In this document: positions 25,901 to 32,000 of the stretch, one piece after another
Layout: each line of letters starts with the position of its first letter
Position numbering within the stretch: the first letter of the stretch is position 1
NCBI RefSeq assembly: GCF_000009705.1
Contig: NC_003272.1
Span: 1,890,001-1,922,000, forward strand
Origin: Nostoc sp. PCC 7120 = FACHB-418
Lineage (GTDB): Bacteria > Cyanobacteriota > Cyanobacteriia > Cyanobacteriales > Nostocaceae
DNA length: 32,000 bases
Direction: 5' to 3'
Position numbers and translations under genes: made by a program
Notes under the pieces: generated by a model
Database searches by the model: none
The model's input: the letters and a program-made list of their open reading frames with translations, nothing else
Told to the model about the DNA's origin: nothing

Positions 25901-28270
25901 TTCCCAACAATCAGCCGACAAAAGTTCCATCCCCGCAGTAATGTATGCCAAAGCCGCAGAGTATGCTGTAGAAGACTTTGCCCTAGTGCCTGCCAACAGA
26001 TTCAGTTTGGCTAGTTCCTCTTTTTGGGATGTTTGGGTAATTAATTTACTGCCAATATTTAAATGGTTAACTATCTCAAAAATACGTTCTTCTCTTTCAT
26101 TAACTGATAAATTGGCTAAAAGTAAAGTACCGATATTCAGGTGGGTGGTTTGCTTTTGTACGTCAGGAATCAGAGAATAGGCGGCTTGTTGAACACGATC
26201 ATGCAGAAATCGATAGGTTACATTTTTGATATTTTGATTGTTAAGATTTTGCTGATCATCAGACAAATAAAATTTATATACTTCACCTTGGGGCAGAATC
26301 AATCCTGACTGTAAGGCTTTCCACAAAGCTACTGCTGTCTGTGCTTGTAATTGTTCAGAAACAATTGCTAAAGTAACCAAATCAAATTGGTTACCAATAC
26401 AAGCGGCTAACTTGAGTATTTGCTGAGTTTCGCTGGGTAATTTCTGTAACTGATGCGCCATAAATTCCACCACATCATCGGTAAGTGATAGCGCATTGAT
26501 TTGGGAAATATCACATTCCCAATAGCCTTGGTGGCGATTAAATATAATCCACTCATTTTCGTGGAGGGCTTTGAGAAACTGCGTGGTAAAAAAAGGATTA
26601 CCTTGGGTTTTGCGGACAATTAATTCAGTCAGGAGGAGCGATCGCTCAGTCGGACAATGTAATGTATCACTTACCAGCTGATTGGTATCACTCAAAGCTA
26701 AAGGTGCAAGGGTAATTGTATTGACAGTCTTATCCGTTTTCTTTAGTTCCGTCACTGTCAACATGAAGGGGTGTACAGGTGAAACTTCATTATCTCGATA
26801 AGCACCCAGCAAAAGCAGATAGTTCTCATCCTCCATCAACAGTTTAATCAAATTTAGGGAAGCCGAATCTGCCCACTGTAAGTCATCCAGAAACATGACT
26901 AAAGGACGTTCTTTTGTAGTGAAAACTTCTAGAAATTTCTGGAACAATAAATTAAAGCGATTCTGCGCCGCCATTCCCGATAGTTCTAGTGCAGCAGGTT
27001 GCTTGCCAATCACCCGTTCTAGTTCGGGAATCACTTCAATCAAAATTTGCCCATTATTTCCCACAGATGAGAGAATCTTCGTCCGCCATTGCTCCAGTTG
27101 GGTGTCCGATTCTGACAATAATTGCCCCATTAAATCCCGTAAAGCTTGCACAAAGGCACTAAAGGGGATGTTGCGATTAAATTGGTCAAACTTACCTTTA
27201 ATAAAATATCCTTGCTGACGAGTAATCGGTTTGTGGACTTCATTGATGACCGCAGTTTTACCAATCCCCGAAAATCCTGCCACTAGCATCATTTCCGATG
27301 CACCATTAGCGACGCGCTCAAAAGCGGCGAGTAAGTTTGCAACTTCTGTTTCCCGTCCATAGAGTTTTTCGGGAATCAGGAAGCGATCGCAGATATCCCG
27401 CAGACCAATCTCAAAGTTTTGAATTGCTCCTGTATCTTTGAGTTGTGTTAAACAAAGTTCTAAATCATGTTTCAATCCCAAGGCACTTTGATAACGGTCT
27501 TCGGCATTTTTCGCCATCAACTTCATCACAATATCTGAAATGACCTGGGGTATTGATTCAGGGTTAAATTTATTTGGTTGTTTAGCAATGTGAGAATGCA
27601 CCAATTCCATCGGGTCATTGCTATTAAATGGTAATTCTCCTGTTAATAATTCATAAAATGTCACTCCCAGAGAGTAAAAATCACTGCGATAGTCTACTCC
27701 TCGATTCATCCTGCCAGTTTGTTCTGGGGAAATATAAACAAGGGTTCCTTCTAAAATATTAGGACTTTTAATTTCCTGGGTTTCTTTAGGAAGTAATGAA
27801 GCGATACTAAAGTCAATGAGTTCAACTTGTTTTGTGTGTGGGTTAATTAGAATATTTGCGGGTTTAATGTCTTTGTGAATCACCCGGTTTTGATGTAAGC
27901 CGTGGAGAATATTGGTTAATTGAATGGCGATCGCCAAAAACTCAATTAGCGTGAGTTTAGCCGTTTCGGTATATTGGCGTAAAGAAATTCCCCCCGTATC
28001 CTTCATCACCAAAATATAGCTATTACCGTAAACATCTAATGATAAGGGATGAGTGATGCCGGTAACGTTAAGATTTTTGCTAATAGTATATTGGTTGCGA
28101 AACTGTAGTAATTCGTTAAAGCTGGGATATTCTGAGGTGAGAACTTTGATAATGACGGTGAGTGTATCTTGCTCGCGCGTAGCTCGATACACTCGGCTTT
28201 TTGAGCCTGCATAAATTTGAGAGCTAATTTGATATCCAGGAATGATGGGTTGGGAATTTGCAGTATCCAT
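22907..28270 (-). CDS. Multidomain sensor with Ser/Thr protein kinase, AAA/STAND NTPase, TPR-like helical region, GAF and histidine kinase (HATPase_c) domains; HstK-like
   Basis: The kinase blocks are VIIKVL, HKDIKPANILI, DFSIAS and YISPEQTGR. The P-loop is GFSGIGKT with Walker B-like FLDDLQWAD. A long helical repeat region follows. The GAF region is LDELLQQLTQIILHNSGGDRCALIL...LCLPILNQGNLIGILYL. The H-box is VAGVAHEVNNPIGF, the N-box QVFMNILANAID and the G-box GKGTGLGLAIARQI. Confidence 0.9.
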   Translation of the reverse strand: MDTANSQPIIPGYQISSQIYAGSKSRVYRATREQDTLTVIIKVLTSEYPSFNELLQFRNQYTISKNLNVTGITHPLSLDVYGNSYILVMKDTGGISLRQYTETAKLTLIEFLAIAIQLTNILHGLHQNRVIHKDIKPANILINPHTKQVELIDFSIASLLPKETQEIKSPNILEGTLVYISPEQTGRMNRGVDYRSDFYSLGVTFYELLTGELPFNSNDPMELVHSHIAKQPNKFNPESIPQVISDIVMKLMAKNAEDRYQSALGLKHDLELCLTQLKDTGAIQNFEIGLRDICDRFLIPEKLYGRETEVANLLAAFERVANGASEMMLVAGFSGIGKTAVINEVHKPITRQQGYFIKGKFDQFNRNIPFSAFVQALRDLMGQLLSESDTQLEQWRTKILSSVGNNGQILIEVIPELERVIGKQPAALELSGMAAQNRFNLLFQKFLEVFTTKERPLVMFLDDLQWADSASLNLIKLLMEDENYLLLLGAYRDNEVSPVHPFMLTVTELKKTDKTVNTITLAPLALSDTNQLVSDTLHCPTERSLLLTELIVRKTQGNPFFTTQFLKALHENEWIIFNRHQGYWECDISQINALSLTDDVVEFMAHQLQKLPSETQQILKLAACIGNQFDLVTLAIVSEQLQAQTAVALWKALQSGLILPQGEVYKFYLSDDQQNLNNQNIKNVTYRFLHDRVQQAAYSLIPDVQKQTTHLNIGTLLLANLSVNEREERIFEIVNHLNIGSKLITQTSQKEELAKLNLLAGTRAKSSTAYSAALAYITAGMELLSADCWEIDYHLSLTLFKERAEVEYLNGNFAAAECWLQETIGKAKAPLEKAEVYNMAIVQHTLQANYPEAIQAGRQALALINIDLPDADFDIVRDAELAIIQATLKQRSFSELIDLPMMSQPEQKMAIKLLISMGPPTYRSHQRLWSVICAKAVNLCLQYGNTPEIGYIYPAFGGLRGYALSNYQGTSELLDVTLQLIQTFNNKSAESVAYLMIGSSLRHWSHPLSVATEDYLSSYRVGLESSNLQYAAYAFGHNMYCRFYQSVHLEQLFTEIVESLAFSRKYKNQWAIDLFLGGQIILAELMGTTTDISESNYLEQCRQHKNWQVICIYNILKSQILFCSERVEEAFFYSEQAESEIINVAPQGLLPYVHHCFIHALLLLTRYPTLSEQQQQSAWEKISTYQQKLAVWSQNNPVNFLHLSCLVQAEMDRVVGNSLGAIENYDRAIAEAKANTYFQEEALANQLAAKFYLDWGKQKIATSYMEEAYYCYAHWGAKAKVDDLEHRYPNLLSPIFQKAAPTVSPLVTLTSIDIPNISIHSSTSTSRSSSTRINTALDFAAILKASQSLSSTIQLDELLQQLTQIILHNSGGDRCALILPNSRGEWLLRAIATTDFTELCSEPVEGNLNLPVKLIQYVKNTQDIVVIDELKTDLPVIDEYLHQQQPQSVLCLPILNQGNLIGILYLKNCSTRAVFTSDRILILNFLCTQAAISLENARLYQQAQTYAQQLEQSQLHIVQSEKMASLGNLVAGVAHEVNNPIGFLNGSISNAKEYVHDLIGHLQLYQQHYSQPVAPIQDNAEEIDLEFLVADLPKLLNSMTEATKRITSISTSLRTFSRADTDHTVSADIHEGLDSTIMILKYRIKANQHRPEIIIQKEYGKIPPVECFPGQLNQVFMNILANAIDMFDEMAQMHTFTEMQTHPQKITIRTEAISNQVSIRIRDNGKGMSAQVQQKIFDHLFTTKGVGKGTGLGLAIARQIITEKHGGTIKVNSILGEGTEFAIAIPL

Positions 28271-28436
28271 TTATATCTACCTCATGGAGCAAGTCACTTG
28301 TTGCTTCTGTTCGAGAAGCAATGCACAGCACATCTACATTTTGTTAGTATTCCCATCAACTAGATGTTGACTAACGATATGTAGACTTAATATCTTGCAC
28401 CAAGCCCGAACGACTGAAGGTCTTAGCTATACAAAT

Positions 28437-28458
28437 CTAGTCCGCCTGGGCGGACTAG
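28437..28458 (-). terminator. Candidate terminator / dispersed hairpin after the DUF4114 gene
   Basis: It is ctagtccgc-ctgg-gcggactag, with a 9-bp perfect stem and a 4-nt loop. It lies about 100 nt past the stop at 28560. On the minus strand it is followed by atttgtat. Confidence 0.45.
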
Positions 28459-28559
28459 GTGAAATGAATTTGTTTGAGTCTGGAGCCGTAGGCTGCTCGT
28501 ATAGCCGTGATTTCAATCTTCAGGTGCAATATTTTTGCTGAGGTGATTAGCTTTCATGT

Positions 28560-31223
28560 CTAAACCAAAGTCATAACTGATGGTGATGTTAGAGATGAAA
28601 CGATGCCAGTTTGAAAATGATTGATTATATCCTGGCCTATTGCTGTATCAACCCAATTAAGATTGTGAGCCATGACATTTTCTATTTTGGAAATGCCAAG
28701 AGACTGAACACCTTGAATACTGATCACAAAATCATTGAAGTCTCGATTAGGAACGCGATTTAACGGCACGTCGTCGAAACCAAGAATAGCTCCTTTATCG
28801 CCTGTTAACACCCCTGCTACTTGGACTTGATCTTCTAAATTCGCCGCCGACATTGAGAATAGAGGTCTATTTTGATTTGTTATAGTTTGTCCAGTTAAAG
28901 CATCCGTGAGTGCGCCATTGGACATGAAAACAAAACCAATAGTATCCCCTGCTTGGAGATTATAAGTTTTCGTTCCTTGATATTCTCCAGCATTAAAGTT
29001 AGCTTCCCAGTCGAGAACGCCAGTATTGTCACTATAGAGAGCGCCATCTTGAGCATCTTTAACTACAACATAGCCATTGGCAGAATTGCTGGTGGCGCGT
29101 CGAAGTGCTTCTTGAATAAAAGCATCAGAGCCAGCTTTGTAGATATCCATTCCCTTGAGGCTAAAGATACCGACTTCTCCCTGAGAATACATTCCACCAT
29201 CGTAGAGAAAGTCAATTTTTACCTGGCCTGTTTGATCAACAGTGAACACACCCTCATCGAAAGAAGCCCGATTAGCATAGTCGAGTAATTGTTTTCCAGT
29301 TGTAGTGGTGCGCCAGTCACGCTCGAAGTTGGAGAAGTTATCTATTGACTGAACGGTTCCTTTTGCTCCTTTGATTTGGAAGACCACATCGTTATAATCG
29401 CGATCGCTATTAGATGCGGCAATAGGAATATCTTCAAAGGCAAAAGTACCGTTGCCATCTATATCTACCATCTGTCCACCAGCTACACTAGGGTTAGCTT
29501 CGGGGATGGAAAAGAGAGGGAGTTTACCTATTTGCCATGCTGTACTAGATTTACTGATACCTGGAGTTTGGTTGATTTCCTGAACAGTTGTGTTAGGTAC
29601 AAGCATAAAGGCAAATGTATCGCCTGCTTTCATCTGAAAGGTTTTCACGCCTAGATAGGGGCCAAAATTAAAATTGGCTTCCCAAGGCATTTTTTCCGTA
29701 AAACGCGCCCCTTCTTGTTGGTCTCTAGCTAAGATATAACCCATCTGAGAATTACTGAGAGCGCGATTTGTCGCCTCTTTAATAAAAGCATTGGAACCAG
29801 GAATATAGTTTTCCATGCCGGTGAGACTAAAGACCGCTAAATGACCTTGATAGCCACCGCCATCGTAAAGATAGTCAACAGTTACCTTTCCAGTTTCGCC
29901 GACCTGAAAAACACCTTCGTTGTAGATAGTACGGTTAGTATATTTGAGTACTTCCTGCCCAATAGCAGTAGTCCGCCAGTCCTGATTAGGATTAACGACT
30001 GCATCCATGTTAGTGATGTTGTTGCTTTTTAGTCCTTGGACTTGGAAAACAACGTCGTTGTAATCTATGTAAGAATTACTAGAGCCAACGATCATATCTT
30101 CAAATGCCAGGGTTCCCTTATTATCGACAGCAACGATCTGATTTTTGTCGGTCGAGAAAATGACTTGTTTTCCCCATACGTAGCTATTTTGCGGCTGGCG
30201 ATAAATCTCCTCAATGCTAGTATCTTGTACCAGCATGAATGCCACTTCGTCGCCAGCATTCATCGTGAAAGAATCAATTCCTTGGTAGCTGCCCTGATTA
30301 AAGTTACTTTCCCAGCTAACATTACCATCAAACCGCGCTCCTTCTTGGCGATCGCTGATCAGAATGCGACCTTGTGTAGAGTTACTTAAAGCACGGGTGG
30401 CCGCTTCTTTGATAAATGCTAAGGAACCTGGCTGGTATTTTTCCATACCTTTGAGGCTAAATACAGCTAATTGTCCCTGATAGGCACCGCCATCATAGAG
30501 ATAGTCTAATTTAACTTGACCAGTGCCATTGACGATAAAAGTACCTGTTTCAAACAGAGGGCGGTTGGCGTAGTCTGATAATTCTTGTCCGACTCCGGTA
30601 TTTAACCAGTTGCGGTTGCTGTAGGTGGAGTCTTTGAGAGAGGGCGCATTGGCTGTTGCACCCAACACTTGCACTACCATATCGTTAAAGTCACGATCAT
30701 TAGACTTTAAGGTATTGTTATCTTCCCAACCGAAGGTATTGCCCTTACCAGTGATGTCTGCAATTTGGGGAGAAACTTTTCCGGTTGCGCTATCTACTGA
30801 ACCAAAAGAAAACAGGATATTGTTGCTAGATGTGGGATATTGAGCAATCTTAGAGACGGTACTATCTGCAATTAACATCATTGCAAATTTACTACCCGCT
30901 TTCATCTGAAAGGTTTGTGGCCCATTGTAAACGCCACTGTTAAAGTCCTTTTCCCAGGATAATTCTTGATTCAGGTCGGTGAAACGAGCGCGTTCAGTTT
31001 GATCTCGAACAACTACATAACCAGATTGAGAATTGCTGAGAGCGCGTCTACTTGCTTCTCGGATGAATTCTATAGAACCCACCGCCATATTTTCCATGCC
31101 TTCCAGGCTGAAAATTGCTAATTCTCCCTTATTCATCCCGCCGTCATAGAGAAAATCAACGCTGACGTTGCCTGCTGCGCTAACAGTAAAAATGCCGTTA
31201 TTTAAGTTAGAAATGGTCGTCAT
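28560..31223 (-). CDS. Leaderless 887-aa protein built from four tandem ~220-aa modules, each ending in a DUF4114 motif
   Basis: There are four repeats of G(I/T/V)F(T/I/Q)V...G.V.(V/L/I)D(F/Y)LYDGG...(L/V)A(I/V)FSL.GME...FI(R/K/Q)EA..RA(L/T)SNS...EGARF...WE.NFN.G.Y.G...F.M.AGD.FAFMLV. They end with FGWED..SNDRDFNDMVVQV, LAFED...IDYNDVVFQV, FAFED..SDRDYNDVVFQI and LGFDD..PNRDFNDFVISI. The N-terminus MTTISNLNNGIFTV has no signal peptide. Confidence 0.8.
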   Translation of the reverse strand: MTTISNLNNGIFTVSAAGNVSVDFLYDGGMNKGELAIFSLEGMENMAVGSIEFIREASRRALSNSQSGYVVVRDQTERARFTDLNQELSWEKDFNSGVYNGPQTFQMKAGSKFAMMLIADSTVSKIAQYPTSSNNILFSFGSVDSATGKVSPQIADITGKGNTFGWEDNNTLKSNDRDFNDMVVQVLGATANAPSLKDSTYSNRNWLNTGVGQELSDYANRPLFETGTFIVNGTGQVKLDYLYDGGAYQGQLAVFSLKGMEKYQPGSLAFIKEAATRALSNSTQGRILISDRQEGARFDGNVSWESNFNQGSYQGIDSFTMNAGDEVAFMLVQDTSIEEIYRQPQNSYVWGKQVIFSTDKNQIVAVDNKGTLAFEDMIVGSSNSYIDYNDVVFQVQGLKSNNITNMDAVVNPNQDWRTTAIGQEVLKYTNRTIYNEGVFQVGETGKVTVDYLYDGGGYQGHLAVFSLTGMENYIPGSNAFIKEATNRALSNSQMGYILARDQQEGARFTEKMPWEANFNFGPYLGVKTFQMKAGDTFAFMLVPNTTVQEINQTPGISKSSTAWQIGKLPLFSIPEANPSVAGGQMVDIDGNGTFAFEDIPIAASNSDRDYNDVVFQIKGAKGTVQSIDNFSNFERDWRTTTTGKQLLDYANRASFDEGVFTVDQTGQVKIDFLYDGGMYSQGEVGIFSLKGMDIYKAGSDAFIQEALRRATSNSANGYVVVKDAQDGALYSDNTGVLDWEANFNAGEYQGTKTYNLQAGDTIGFVFMSNGALTDALTGQTITNQNRPLFSMSAANLEDQVQVAGVLTGDKGAILGFDDVPLNRVPNRDFNDFVISIQGVQSLGISKIENVMAHNLNWVDTAIGQDIINHFQTGIVSSLTSPSVMTLV

Positions 31224-31292
31224 ATTTCTTTGTCTTCAGTTATTATCAATTAATTCTGAACAGTGACAGGATGCCTATTTGATTTCTGAAAA

Positions 31293-31379
31293 ACTAATAC
31301 CAATTCAAGATTAAGCAAGGCAGATATAACAAGGATTAAAATTTCCTTATCTGTCTCTTTCTTTTTTCAAATTGGTATA
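31293..31379 (+). repeat. 87-nt hairpin / MITE-like element, copy B
   Basis: The termini actaataccaattcaagattaag ... atctgtctctttcttttttcaaattggtata pair, with a 9-bp perfect aataccaatt / aattggtat stem. It has the same family, orientation and internal spacing as 12693-12780. Confidence 0.6.
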
Positions 31380-32000
31380 ACAATTGAAGAGATGCTTTTT
31401 GCGTGTACCCTGCAAATTAATACCCTTTATCCTGTACCCTGTTCTTCGTCTACACAAGTAAGATCAAAAATCAAAGTGGGTTGCTATATATAAGTTTTAA
31501 CTTTCGTTAACCAAATAAAAAAACTGTAGTAATACGTTTTCTTGTATAAAGCTTTAATCAAGAAAATGTTTCGTTTCACTTCAAATTAAGTGGTTGGGTG
31601 TGGATATGTATCGTTATGGTCAGGTAAAAGCCGTGAGTGATTTTGCGGAGTCTGCTGTATAAAAGTTAGGCAGGAAGAGGGTTTCAGATTTATGTATTTT
31701 TATTCACATAGTTTGATTTTATTGTGGCGACTTACTTGTTAAATTTAGTCAGTGGGTGAATAATAAAATAATTATAATGCTCATGGAATTTTAGTAGTTA
31801 TTCAGTTTTGCGATCGCTACCCGATGGAAACCCTTCATGAACATCTTTCCTCATCTCTATTGAGACAATAGGCGATCGCAGGCTGATATAGGTTTTTTAC
31901 ACTTCACCCTCAAAATACGGGTTTAGAGTGTAGGGATTGATAAAACTATTATTCTTTCGTTAGTGTGAGAGTGGGGACTCATCACTTGATTAAAAACCTA

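Noticed and set aside
31224-32000. I searched the long ORF-free right end for CRISPR repeats, a known sRNA (for example the Yfr1 ACUCCUCACAC motif), a riboswitch or a tRNA.
   Set aside because: I found no repeat-spacer periodicity, cloverleaf or recognisable conserved motif. Only the hairpin element and the 9-mer direct repeat were seen, and both are reported separately.

Overview
The window looks like chromosomal DNA from a filamentous heterocyst-forming cyanobacterium (Nostocales). The palindrome GCGATCGC (HIP1) occurs roughly once per kb. All three classic STRR heptamer families are present: CCCCAGT, TTGGTCA/TGACCAA and CAACAGT/ACTGTTG. Contents from left to right:
- **Mobile DNA:** a 5'-truncated IS605-type tnpB remnant abuts an intact-looking ISL3-family insertion sequence next to tRNA-Gln(UUG).
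- **Phytol salvage:** a phytol-kinase-like gene, yidD and a DUF92/VTE6-like gene.
- **Candidate export module:** a cytoplasmic parvulin PPIase, then a cNMP-domain ABC exporter whose C39 peptidase domain looks catalytically dead, then a 1448-aa leaderless protein with 8 CARDB modules and an S8 subtilase.
- **Surface protein pair:** a DUF1565/SLH protein with a small conserved hypothetical downstream of it.
- **Other genes:** a Uma2 nuclease, a GldA/GldF/GldG-like ABC operon plus DUF4340, purU, and a tiny secreted Tyr/His/Arg-rich protein.
- **Large proteins at the right end:** a 1787-aa HstK-like Ser/Thr kinase-STAND ATPase-GAF-histidine kinase and an 887-aa protein made of four DUF4114 modules.

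No CRISPR array, rRNA or recognisable defence operon was seen. The most system-like candidate is the PPIase / degenerate-C39 ABC exporter / leaderless CARDB-subtilase cluster. Other observations worth a second look:
- heptamer arrays that supply start codons or sit in frame inside a CDS;
- a mosaic 351-bp tandem amplification inside the subtilase gene;
- an 88-nt hairpin (MITE-like) element present twice;
- several very large leaderless surface-type proteins.

All family calls come from reading motifs by eye. No database search was run.
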